54,686 nt of DNA. Origin: an uncultured Oscillospiraceae bacterium (lineage in GTDB: Bacteria; Bacillota; Clostridia; Oscillospirales; Oscillospiraceae). Of this stretch, positions 25,244 through 34,147 are shown piece by piece. A program made the translations under genes and the position numbers. Location of the stretch: assembly GCA_964570015.1 (NCBI GenBank), contig CAZMXF010000001.1:1-54686 (forward strand), read 5' to 3'. Numbering within the stretch: position 1 is the stretch's first letter; each line of letters starts with the position of its first letter. The notes beneath the pieces are model-generated. The model had not been told where the DNA came from. It made no database searches and saw only the letters and a program-made list of their open reading frames with translations.

Positions 25244-27105
25244 GGGTTTGAGACTTCCTCTTCGATGACAATTGCAGAATAGACACGAGTATTAGCACCG
25301 GAAACGCGAGTCTCGATCAGGCTCTCCAGCTGGTTGAACTTGATCTCGAAGTCGGTGAAGTGAGTGATCTCGCCGCCCTTTGTAGAACCAAGAGCATAGT
25401 CAGCCAGGTTCACGATGATAGCATCGAGAGCCATGGTCTTAGCAGTAGCGCCACTTCCGGAAATACGGGTCTTGCCAGCAAACTTGGACACAGGATAAAT
25501 GTTGTTCACACCGAGAGCGGTTGCAAGCTCACTCTTGTTGTTGTAAATGCGGCGGCCATTCAGGTCACGAGCCAGAAGCATCTTATTGAAGAACTGCTGG
25601 GTACAGAACATATCAAGAGAGCCGGAGCCACGGTAATCAATCATAGCATCGAGCATGGCAGCAACCATTGCTTCAGAATACTTGTAGTTATCGCCGAAGT
25701 TGTCGGAGAAGTCGCCATTGATCTCACTGAGGAACGGAGTGAGGTTCTTGTGAATGGTGTAGAGATCATCGTCAGTCCAGATCGGACGAACGTGGTCCTC
25801 TTTGATCTTGTACTGGGCGCCTGCAGTACGACCGTCACCGATCAGGATAGCGGTAGCAAGCTCTTCCTCAAGCTGAGCACGGTCAATCTTGTACTGATAT
25901 GCAACGTAATCGAAGTCGGTGATGTCAATAACATCATCACGGTTCAGAGCGCTAAATACATAAACAGTCTGAGGATCGGTTTCACGTCTCACGAGCTCAT
26001 AGTTACCGGAGAGAGCTTTCTGAGTGCCCTTCTCGTAGCCTTTTGCACGGAGCTCCTCAATATTGCGGATATCGACCTGGCCGGTACGAATGCGACTGAA
26101 CGGGCTCTTGTGAACCTTGCCAAGAACTTTCTTAACCCAGTCAAGGTCATCGGTAATGAGCTCCGGGGCGCCGCTGCGAACGTCATGGTACTCAGGGAAG
26201 AGTGCATCCACGCCAGCGGGAGTGGCGCCAGAGGGATAAGAGGTGAAGCCACTTACATCAAGGCCATCGTGAGCCAGATTATTCTGATCAGCGAAGTCAG
26301 CAAGAGCCTGCTTGAAAGAGCCGGACTTCTTTGCAGCCTCAAGAATAGCAGCTTCATCAGAGTGAGAAAGGTAGTACCCGTCCTGAGAGGTCGGGCCTTC
26401 GAAAGCGTTGTAATTCATGTTCATATCTCCTTCATCGGAATGTTCAATTTCTTCTTTGCCGCTTTTACCAGCTTCAAATGCTTTGCCGGCGATTTCAGCG
26501 ACTGCCTTCAGTTCATTTTCATCCAGGCTATCAAGGAAGTCCTGGATAGAGCTGTTTTCATCCATTTTTTTCTTTTCTCCTTTTTCTTCGTCTTCATCAT
26601 CGGAGTGCTGGAGATCTTCACCGGGTCCAACTGTGAACTGGCAATTCTCTCCCATACACATATATGCTTCCTCCATGTACTGCTCATACTCATCGCCATG
26701 AGCAATAATCGGATAAACAATCTGTGCTTCTTTGTTCGCTCCGGCCAGGACAAGGCTTACTTCTTTTATTACGCCATGGAGAACATCTCCGCCTTTCTGC
26801 TTGAGCTGATTTGCCCAGATGGAAAGTGCACTAATGTCTCCATGCATAATGTTATTCTTGGCAGCTTTGGCCATCGGGTTATCGTTCAGATAGCCATAAA
26901 CGAAAACGCCTTCCGGACGGTTCTCCAGAAAGCCGTGGCCGATCACTGCTTCGGCAGTATCGTGATTATGCCCCCAGACCAGAGGAACCTGTTCCCCATC
27001 CTGCTGAGCAAACGCATCACGTCGGATAATGCGGCCGTCTGTGCATTGGACATCGTTCCGAGTAGCCCAGCCGCAAAAGTCATATCCAGTATGTTTCTTG
27101 GACAT
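25240..27105 (-). CDS. prohead protease - major capsid protein fusion (HK97-type)
   Basis: 621 aa. The N-terminal ~140 aa are prohead-protease-like (..VPLVWGHNHD..ISALSIWAN..). This is followed by an acidic linker (DDEDEEKGEKKK) and a C-terminal HK97-fold capsid-like region. Confidence 0.7.
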   Translation of the reverse strand: MSKKHTGYDFCGWATRNDVQCTDGRIIRRDAFAQQDGEQVPLVWGHNHDTAEAVIGHGFLENRPEGVFVYGYLNDNPMAKAAKNNIMHGDISALSIWANQLKQKGGDVLHGVIKEVSLVLAGANKEAQIVYPIIAHGDEYEQYMEEAYMCMGENCQFTVGPGEDLQHSDDEDEEKGEKKKMDENSSIQDFLDSLDENELKAVAEIAGKAFEAGKSGKEEIEHSDEGDMNMNYNAFEGPTSQDGYYLSHSDEAAILEAAKKSGSFKQALADFADQNNLAHDGLDVSGFTSYPSGATPAGVDALFPEYHDVRSGAPELITDDLDWVKKVLGKVHKSPFSRIRTGQVDIRNIEELRAKGYEKGTQKALSGNYELVRRETDPQTVYVFSALNRDDVIDITDFDYVAYQYKIDRAQLEEELATAILIGDGRTAGAQYKIKEDHVRPIWTDDDLYTIHKNLTPFLSEINGDFSDNFGDNYKYSEAMVAAMLDAMIDYRGSGSLDMFCTQQFFNKMLLARDLNGRRIYNNKSELATALGVNNIYPVSKFAGKTRISGSGATAKTMALDAIIVNLADYALGSTKGGEITHFTDFEIKFNQLESLIETRVSGANTRVYSAIVIEEEVSNP

Positions 27106-27186
27106 TTTTGTTAACTCCTTTGCGTTAGTAGTATGTTTTCTTCCATTTTGAATTTTCCTTTCGCCATTGCGGTATCCGTCTTACAG

Positions 27187-28458
27187 CTACTTGTAGTATT
27201 CATCAGGGATGTCTGCATACTCTGGATTACCTTCCGGAGTCTCTGCTGCGACAGGATTGCCGGTCATAGGATCTATTGGCTGGTTGATGTTCTTATTGAC
27301 AAGAGCATCCGCATCAGCCTGGTCGGAAGGTTTGAAACCAATAATTCCACGCATTTCGTTAGACGAGATAATAGCGTTACGAGTAAGCGTATCAGCGATC
27401 TGCGCAAGATCAGAGACAGGAATCAGCTTGAACGGATCATCAAAGAACATGATCGACTGCTTCTGAGTACGCGCCGTCTTGGTAAGCCACTTGCGTTTTA
27501 TCTCATCCACCAGCGTGGAAACTAAAGGTTCTATAATGTTGTTGATATAGTTTGTTTCAGCTTTCTCATCCGCAGAGCCGTTCAAGATCTCAGCTGAAAC
27601 GCCGATCTGATCCTGAAGCTGCTTTGTCAAATTCTCGATCTGTTCCTGCAGATTATTATCCAGAGACCGGTTAAGCTGAATAACCCGTTCGCTTGCGTCA
27701 ATGTAAGCAATTCCATACTTGGATCCGGAGAGCTGAACCTCAATGTCTCTTCTACGCTCCTCTGCCCTCTCCTGCTGCGTCGCATGGCGAGTGGAGTATG
27801 GCAACTGAATGATCATGTCCAGTTTGCCGGAAGCATTACGCTCATCGATTTCGTCCAGAAGAGCCATTTTTCTGCGAAGCCGTGCCATCAAAGAGTTTGG
27901 AGCGTTCATGGTCTCATAGAAAGGATTCTGCAAAATGAGGCAGAGAGACTTTTCCATTCGAGTGTTTTCTCTTCGTCCGGTCTCTTCGTTGTAAAGCTCA
28001 ACGTCGATATGCTTTGGATACCAGTTCAGTATCTTGCCAACTCTGGCTGAAGCAATGTTGTTAACTGTCATAGTAGAGAAATTCACATCTGCATCAATCG
28101 GACAAACAGCGATGTAGCCTTCATCAAGGAGCGACGCATAGATGTCTTTCTTAAACTCTCTTGCCGTCTGGTCAATGTTTGCTTCAAGTGTGAAGAGATC
28201 ATTCAGAGGTCCTTCGATATCTTCCTTGTAACGCTTCTGATCATCGAGTTTTACATGTCGGATATCTACAGCCGCACAGTCAACGGCGATCCGATTGAGA
28301 ATGGGCGTAATAATAGACCGTTCGCTTCCCGGTCTAAACGTTCGGCGATCCGGCCTATAGTAGGAACCTGATCCATAGTATGAAAAAGTGCTTGGCGTGG
28401 GATCTTTATTACGAAAGGCGTTCCAAGCCTTTTGAATTCGTTCAATAATGTTTGGCAC
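27187..28458 (-). CDS. portal protein
   Basis: 423 aa with a GTG start after GGAGG. Position is between TerL and the capsid gene, and the C-terminus is acidic. Confidence 0.6.
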   Translation of the reverse strand: MPNIIERIQKAWNAFRNKDPTPSTFSYYGSGSYYRPDRRTFRPGSERSIITPILNRIAVDCAAVDIRHVKLDDQKRYKEDIEGPLNDLFTLEANIDQTAREFKKDIYASLLDEGYIAVCPIDADVNFSTMTVNNIASARVGKILNWYPKHIDVELYNEETGRRENTRMEKSLCLILQNPFYETMNAPNSLMARLRRKMALLDEIDERNASGKLDMIIQLPYSTRHATQQERAEERRRDIEVQLSGSKYGIAYIDASERVIQLNRSLDNNLQEQIENLTKQLQDQIGVSAEILNGSADEKAETNYINNIIEPLVSTLVDEIKRKWLTKTARTQKQSIMFFDDPFKLIPVSDLAQIADTLTRNAIISSNEMRGIIGFKPSDQADADALVNKNINQPIDPMTGNPVAAETPEGNPEYADIPDEYYK

Positions 28459-28489
28459 TGGAAATTACCTCCGTACTTCCATTTTGAAT

Positions 28490-29728
28490 TTATCTTTTGG
28501 GTCTACGCCTGTAATCATTGTTACTTACAGGGCCACCAGCAACAGCTTCACCCTGCTTCTGAGCTTTATTGCCTGTTCCGGAATAGTTGCGGCCGGAGGA
28601 TGAGCTTGAAGACTGAGATGGCGCTTCAGTTTTTTTACCAAACAGATTCTTGAGGAAAGCACTGCCGGTAGCAAGAGCGGATGAGCCTTTCTCTTCAATG
28701 TTAGCGAGAGTGTTAATGGCCCATTTATTTCCAGCTTCAAGCTGATTCTTAAGCCACTGAGCACCCTGTTTAGCAGAACCAGAAGCATCGTCGATCATAT
28801 TATCAAGAGCATTAAGAGCTTTAGAGGCTTTATAAGCAAGGCTCTTCTGCTCTTCTTCGGCTTTACGATACTGCTCTTCACCGAGTTTCTGCTTTTGCTC
28901 TGCTCTATCATAGTCACTACGCAACTTATTGGCTTCATCGTTATTTTTGTCTATAAGTGAATTCGACTTCTCAAGATCACGTTTAGCAATAGCTTCGTAG
29001 CCTTTAACTTTTTTATCAGCTCGTGCGCTTGCTTCTCTTGCTGCATCTTCTTTAGACGCTAGTTCAGACTGGTATGCTGTCTCTTCATCGTACTTTTCCT
29101 TGGCAACTCTATATTGTTCGGACTTCTTGCCGTATACCTGTTCTGCAGCTTCAAGATTTTCTCTTGCCTTTGAAACTTCGGCACGATGTGCGTCTCGCTC
29201 TTTTATAGCTTTCTCAGCTTCTTTTCTGGCAGTTCTAGCTTCTTCTGCAGCTTTTCTGTATCCTTCAATCTGTTTATTTTCTTGCTCACTTCTATTCGCA
29301 TACTCTTTTCGATATGTCTCAATGTTTTTTTCTTGATTAGATTTTATCTTTTGTTTTTCTTTCAGATTTTCCCGAGCATAGTTCCCAGCAGCTTCTTTCT
29401 GAGCATCGACTTTCTTGGAGTAATTCTTGAAGTCTTTAGCAGCATTTGAAACATTCTGTTTGGTAGCTTTGTAGCCTGCAGAAATGTCTTTATCAGCACT
29501 CTCAGCTACTTTTTTAGCTCCTTCACGGCCATTTTTCAGGTATTCCTTCGGAAGCTCATACAGATATTTCCATACGCCACCAATCAGACGTTTGTCGATG
29601 TACTTATGGCCTTTCTTCCATTCCGATCCCTTGGCTGAGTGCATCAAATAGCCACCTTGCATGGAACTATTGGACATCATATAGTTTCCATGACATGAGG
29701 CGTTATTTGATCTCATATAATACGCCAT
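28490..29728 (-). CDS. Lys/Glu-rich coiled-coil head-module protein (scaffold or ejection protein candidate)
   Basis: 412 aa. The N-terminus reads ..YLMHSAKGSEWKKGH... A long charged helical region follows, and the tail is Ser-rich. Confidence 0.6.
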   Translation of the reverse strand: MAYYMRSNNASCHGNYMMSNSSMQGGYLMHSAKGSEWKKGHKYIDKRLIGGVWKYLYELPKEYLKNGREGAKKVAESADKDISAGYKATKQNVSNAAKDFKNYSKKVDAQKEAAGNYARENLKEKQKIKSNQEKNIETYRKEYANRSEQENKQIEGYRKAAEEARTARKEAEKAIKERDAHRAEVSKARENLEAAEQVYGKKSEQYRVAKEKYDEETAYQSELASKEDAAREASARADKKVKGYEAIAKRDLEKSNSLIDKNNDEANKLRSDYDRAEQKQKLGEEQYRKAEEEQKSLAYKASKALNALDNMIDDASGSAKQGAQWLKNQLEAGNKWAINTLANIEEKGSSALATGSAFLKNLFGKKTEAPSQSSSSSSGRNYSGTGNKAQKQGEAVAGGPVSNNDYRRRPKR

Positions 29729-29755
29729 TTTAATTTTCTCCTCTCTGACATGAGA

Positions 29756-31501
29756 TTACTCAAACATATCTTTATTTGCTTTGTAAGCGACATACGCATC
29801 CATCAATGCTGACACGTTGTCGATCTTTTCTTCACGCCTCTTTTTAAGAAGCTTGCGGTTTCCGTTGGTGTCCTCGATCGTGATACAGTTGCCCATACAG
29901 AAACTCATAATCTCTTCATCAAAGAGGAGTTCTCTTCTTTCAGCCAGAATCTTCAGTTCGCCAAGCGGCACCGACTCCGTCTTCACGCCCTGAGGAACTT
30001 TCACGATTCCATACGGCCCGTTATCGATCTCCCACTGATTAATGAAAACCGGAGCATTGTAAGGGTCGTAACCGAGACACAAAACATCGTATTTCATGTC
30101 CTCAATAAACTGAAAGAGGTCTTCATACACTTCACCGATATCGAGAACCGTCGACTCCATGATAATTAGGCTACCCTCACGGATAAACTTTTCATACTCG
30201 GAGCGAAGAGCTCTTGGCAACTTTTGGAATGTATATGAAGTAATATAGCTTCGCGCCTTGATTCCGAATCCCCTACCCTGCAAAGGAAACAGAAACGTAA
30301 AGGCGCAGAAGTCATCGCCCTGCGAAAGGTCCATACCCATCGCGCAAGGCATGCCATTGTAATACTGAATTCGATGTGGCTGGGTTTCTTCGTAAGTAAA
30401 GAAGTAAGTGTAGCCCTCCATCGGAATGCCGAATCTCTTTGCCAGAGTATCATTCCTGACGGATGGACTTTTCTCAGCTCGCTCCAATTCTTCCTGATAA
30501 GTTTCAAAGCTTACGGTCTTCCCGAGGTTCGGATTCGCCTTCACCCACATTGCCGGCGTGTTCAGCTCTTTGATGTCATCAAGCCGATACCACCAGATTG
30601 ATACATGCGGATTGAAGTAGTCCCCTTTCAGGATTTCCATAAGTTCCATCTTAATGGAATCTCCGGGGCCGTTTCGAACCGTACCCTCAGACGACGTTGC
30701 CACGATCAACCAGTCATCGACCTTAGATGCACCTTGCTCCAGAGCGCCTACGACATCTTCCCGAATTGCACCGGAAAGCCATTCATCGACAGTTGCATAC
30801 TTGCATCTTGCACCCTGAAGCTTATCAATTCGCATTGGTCTACTTTCGATAATTGAATTGGTGACAAAGTTTTCGATACCCTTCTTGGTCGAAGCTATTT
30901 TGACTCGATCTGCTTTGTTGCCCGTGGTATTCTGGATAGAGCCTTCCGTCATAAACTTGAAGACCGGACCGCGTGCTCTGGTGATGGCAATCTTCAGCGG
31001 CAGAGTTGTTTCCTCTGATTGTCTGACGGTCGGAGCGGTAACAATCTGGTCTGTCGCATCCGGATCCACAACCAGACCATATGCCTGGATGCAGGTATCA
31101 TAAAGGCTCTTTGCTGCGCCACGCCCGATGATCAGATACTGCTTATGCCGAAGACGCTTCTTGATATACCGAGTCTCGTAATGTCCACCTGAATCAAATC
31201 CATTCGGCACCCAGACGCTTCGTTTCACAAAGTAATACCAGCCAAAGACATCCTCGCCCCATAGCTTGAAGGAATCCAGAAGCTGAAGATCTCCGCCATC
31301 AGTTAGTGTCAGTTCTCTTTCGCAGAATCTGATCCAGCCTTCTACGGCATCGCTGTCATAGTAAAACCGGGGATCCTCAATCAGGAAGTCGATCAGATTC
31401 ATCTGCATGGAAACTTCTCTACAGACAGGGATCTCTCCTCGTATAACGGCATCTCGAAACATGCCGTAGTATTTTGGTACAGCAGTGTTCGATAAAGCCA
31501 T
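29756..31501 (-). CDS. terL: terminase large subunit
   Basis: 581 aa. Has a Walker-A-like ..IIGRGAAKS.. and a C-terminal nuclease-like half. The portal module follows. Confidence 0.8.
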   Translation of the reverse strand: MALSNTAVPKYYGMFRDAVIRGEIPVCREVSMQMNLIDFLIEDPRFYYDSDAVEGWIRFCERELTLTDGGDLQLLDSFKLWGEDVFGWYYFVKRSVWVPNGFDSGGHYETRYIKKRLRHKQYLIIGRGAAKSLYDTCIQAYGLVVDPDATDQIVTAPTVRQSEETTLPLKIAITRARGPVFKFMTEGSIQNTTGNKADRVKIASTKKGIENFVTNSIIESRPMRIDKLQGARCKYATVDEWLSGAIREDVVGALEQGASKVDDWLIVATSSEGTVRNGPGDSIKMELMEILKGDYFNPHVSIWWYRLDDIKELNTPAMWVKANPNLGKTVSFETYQEELERAEKSPSVRNDTLAKRFGIPMEGYTYFFTYEETQPHRIQYYNGMPCAMGMDLSQGDDFCAFTFLFPLQGRGFGIKARSYITSYTFQKLPRALRSEYEKFIREGSLIIMESTVLDIGEVYEDLFQFIEDMKYDVLCLGYDPYNAPVFINQWEIDNGPYGIVKVPQGVKTESVPLGELKILAERRELLFDEEIMSFCMGNCITIEDTNGNRKLLKKRREEKIDNVSALMDAYVAYKANKDMFE

Positions 31502-31507
31502 TTTGAA

Positions 31508-31536
31508 TTGACACCTCTAGTTGAATGTGGTAGATT
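31508..31536 (+). promoter_or_regulatory. sigma-A type promoter of the plus-strand moron
   Basis: -35 TTGACA (31508-31513), 17-nt spacer ending in TGG, -10 TAGATT (31531-31536). The ATG lies 25 nt downstream of the -10 after the purine-rich stretch GGGGAAAGGTGGTGGAAAAGG. Confidence 0.55.
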
Positions 31537-31560
31537 TATGGGGAAAGGTGGTGGAAAAGG

Positions 31561-32307
31561 ATGAATGAATATATGGTTCGCTTAATTCTCTTGATACTTA
31601 TTGTTGGCGCAATTGTATATAGAAAGCAACTTGTCGAACTTATATCTTCCAAAAGAAAATATTCTGCAAAAGACGCCTTCGATAACATAATCAAATATTC
31701 AGATCCAAATCTGCCAGCCCAACGACCAGTGACAAAAGAGACTTTGCATGAAGAACCTCAAGAGCGATCTGAGCCTTCACCTGTACCGTCAAAACCAAGA
31801 ACAATTCCATCTACTTGCGGAAAATGTGGAGCAAATCTGGAATTAGATTTAGAACATTTAATAACATTTTGTCCTTACTGTGGAACAAAACTATTAATAG
31901 ACATTGATCTCGTCGAAAAGTTTTATGCTGAACGAGAAAAAACAAAACGAGAAGAACTTCAGCAAACTTTTAATCTCGAAAAAGCTAAGATAGATGCTGA
32001 AGTAAATGAACGACTTGAGCACAAGAAAGCTCTTATTAATGCCAAAAAAGAACGTCAATTAGCTCGCGAGAAGGTCAAACTTGAACGAAAGCTAGCGAAA
32101 GCAGAGATTCAGAAAGAACGTGAACGCGTTAAAGCTGAAACCCTAAAAGAAGTCATGATCGAACGAGAAAAACATACGAAAGGTGTTCGAATTCTAGTAA
32201 CTATCAGCGCTTTAATTATTGGCATTCCAGCAATTCTGCTTTTATTAATCTGGATGGCAACAGACGGGCTATTGTCGTCACTAACAAATTTCTTTTCGTC
32301 CTTCTAA
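31561..32307 (+). CDS. bitopic/two-TM zinc-ribbon coiled-coil membrane protein (moron; function unknown)
   Basis: This is the only convincing plus-strand phage gene. It has an N-terminal TM segment, the zinc-ribbon pairs CGKCG...CPYCG, a long K/E coiled coil and a C-terminal TM segment. Confidence 0.7.
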   Translation: MNEYMVRLILLILIVGAIVYRKQLVELISSKRKYSAKDAFDNIIKYSDPNLPAQRPVTKETLHEEPQERSEPSPVPSKPRTIPSTCGKCGANLELDLEHLITFCPYCGTKLLIDIDLVEKFYAEREKTKREELQQTFNLEKAKIDAEVNERLEHKKALINAKKERQLAREKVKLERKLAKAEIQKERERVKAETLKEVMIEREKHTKGVRILVTISALIIGIPAILLLLIWMATDGLLSSLTNFFSSF

Positions 32308-32311
32308 TGAA

Positions 32312-32878
32312 TTACGATTTTGCTTGTTCAGCTGCTTTCTTTTCTTTCTTTGATCTCTTGTCCTCAAGAGCTTTTCTAAAGCTGCTGTAGGTATTATAAA
32401 TTCGCCAGCTGTCTCCTGCGACGTTGGCAATCGTATTAAGTGTCTTGGTTACTTTCTCCATATTCCGTTTGTTCTCGGAGTCAGAGATATCTTTGACTCG
32501 ACGATCCCAATCAATCTGTCTCATGATCTCATCAACTTCTTCCTTGGTGAGATCATTTCTATGCTTATAGAGTTTTTCAGGATGGGCACGAAGATCGTCT
32601 TTTAAAGCCCGGCGCTCAGCAGCTGCCTGTTCAGCAGATTTAGCGGCTCTGGCTTCCGATTTGGCCTTACGCTTTGCCTGTGCTCTAGCTTTCAGTTTCC
32701 CAGCAGCATTACGGAGGAGCGGATACGGAGGTCCATGCCTGACTCCCCACTGCATGCCGGTAACCCCTTCATGTGCCAAATAATTCTCATCGTAAATGTA
32801 ATACATATTTTCACCTCTTTGATTATTCCTTAGAGGAATTGTTATCGGATGCCCACGATTTCTATATTCTGAAGCCAT
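32312..32878 (-). CDS. hypothetical protein with H-x-G-x-x-G-x-x-W-G N-terminal box
   Basis: Start reassigned to ATG 32878 (GGAGGAATTCAAAATGG). Contains ..YLAHEGVTGMQWGVRHGPPYPL.., followed by a basic helical region. Confidence 0.6.
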   Translation of the reverse strand: MASEYRNRGHPITIPLRNNQRGENMYYIYDENYLAHEGVTGMQWGVRHGPPYPLLRNAAGKLKARAQAKRKAKSEARAAKSAEQAAAERRALKDDLRAHPEKLYKHRNDLTKEEVDEIMRQIDWDRRVKDISDSENKRNMEKVTKTLNTIANVAGDSWRIYNTYSSFRKALEDKRSKKEKKAAEQAKS

Positions 32879-32892
32879 TTTGAATTCCTCCA

Positions 32893-33591
32893 TTACTGTT
32901 TGAGGTGATTCTGGAACATATAGACAGCACCTTCAGTCAGTGGGCCAAACTCGCCATCTGCATCCAGATCATTGCCAAGATAATTGAGCACCGCCTGGAG
33001 TGCTGTTACAGCCCAACCGACATCACCATTCTGGACTGTTGGCATTCTTTTACAGAGTTCTTTCCAGGTTTCAGGTCCGCAGATGCCGTTAAGCTTCTGG
33101 AGATCATTTTTGTCGGTAATTACTTCTGCGATCTCTTCAGATTCTTCTTTTGTCTCTTCCGGATACCGAAGCACCTGATTCCACGGATAATTGAAATACG
33201 TCTGAACAAGAAACTCTCGTCCGTTCTGATCCCCGGAGATTTCATTCCCTTCGGAGGATCTGGCATGGACGAGTTTATTGTTTCCTATGAACTGAGCCGC
33301 ATGGAGATCTCGGTTTATGAGAACGTCTCCACGCTTCAAGCCAACGCCAGAGCTCAGATTTACAGTGCTCGTGACATCCTTGAAGCCACACTTGAGAAAT
33401 GCTTCTCTCATGTTACCAGTCCAAGCTGCTCCGCCATGAGATTTTACAGGAACACCTGCTTTCTCCCATGCGTCGATCACAGCGTGGCCGCAGTCAAAGT
33501 CGTATGGACCCCAACCGCCCCAGAGATAACCATAGCGATTGTCATTGGCTTCCATTTCAAGGATCTGGGTCGCTTTTTCTACTTTACTCAT
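32893..33591 (-). CDS. NlpC/P60-type peptidoglycan hydrolase with C-terminal PG-binding domain
   Basis: Has a catalytic-Cys context ..YDFDCGHAV.. and His ..HAAQFIG..HA... The C-terminus ..ALQAVLNYLGNDLDADGEFGPLTEGAV.. is PG_binding_1-like. Confidence 0.65.
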   Translation of the reverse strand: MSKVEKATQILEMEANDNRYGYLWGGWGPYDFDCGHAVIDAWEKAGVPVKSHGGAAWTGNMREAFLKCGFKDVTSTVNLSSGVGLKRGDVLINRDLHAAQFIGNNKLVHARSSEGNEISGDQNGREFLVQTYFNYPWNQVLRYPEETKEESEEIAEVITDKNDLQKLNGICGPETWKELCKRMPTVQNGDVGWAVTALQAVLNYLGNDLDADGEFGPLTEGAVYMFQNHLKQ

Positions 33592-33773
33592 TTTCCAAGT
33601 GGCCCTCCTATGAAATTCATTTCTTTAATGCATTCGGGACAAATACCGATATCATTCTTTCCGGAGCTTGGGTACTCTCTTCCGCATTTCTTACACGTCA
33701 AGATTTCGCAATGCTTGTTTGCAAAGATTCGGAAATGATCTTTAAAAAAATCGACAAAGCTATTAATGATCAT
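33588..33773 (-). CDS. small zinc-ribbon protein
   Basis: Contains CKKCG...CPEC. ATG 33773 lies 8 nt after GAGG. Confidence 0.5.
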   Translation of the reverse strand: MIINSFVDFFKDHFRIFANKHCEILTCKKCGREYPSSGKNDIGICPECIKEMNFIGGPLGK

Positions 33774-33783
33774 TTCTGTCACC

Positions 33784-34140
33784 TCAGTATCCGAATCGGG
33801 CGACTTCTTTCAGCGTCCATTCCAGCATATCGATCTGCTTCTGTATGGCATCAACAACAGTTCCGCTAGCAGGAGTATCAAACATCATCTTTGTCTTGAG
33901 ATAAACGTACTGGACAATATCATCAGACATATTGCCGGGGATAAATTCATCCCATGTTTCATCCTGTCCGGTTATCCGGAACGGAGACTCCGGACCTACT
34001 CCAAGCTGGCAGAGTCTTGAGAATGCGGAATTGATGTGAATGATCAGATCAGTGTCAAAGACATCATACTCAACACTCGGACCAATCATCTTGCGGATTG
34101 TCAGCAGTATACTTTCGCCTTTATCAGTGCACGAAGCCAT
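33784..34140 (-). CDS. hypothetical protein (possibly gp6-like head-tail connector)
   Basis: Start at ATG 34140 (GGAGGTGAATTCAAAATGG). 118 aa. The family assignment is tentative. Confidence 0.5.
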   Translation of the reverse strand: MASCTDKGESILLTIRKMIGPSVEYDVFDTDLIIHINSAFSRLCQLGVGPESPFRITGQDETWDEFIPGNMSDDIVQYVYLKTKMMFDTPASGTVVDAIQKQIDMLEWTLKEVARFGY

Positions 34141-34147
34141 TTTGAAT

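Noticed and set aside
25360-27114. Very long plus-strand ORFs: 25360-27114 (584 aa), 32905-33738 (277 aa), 49952-50644 (230 aa), 23655-24224 (189 aa), 10502-11050 and others.
   Set aside because: Each one lies entirely antisense to a minus-strand gene with clear homology-type motifs and a proper RBS. Their products are low-complexity (Ser/Leu/Ile/Phe-rich), and they lack SD sequences. They are shadow ORFs.
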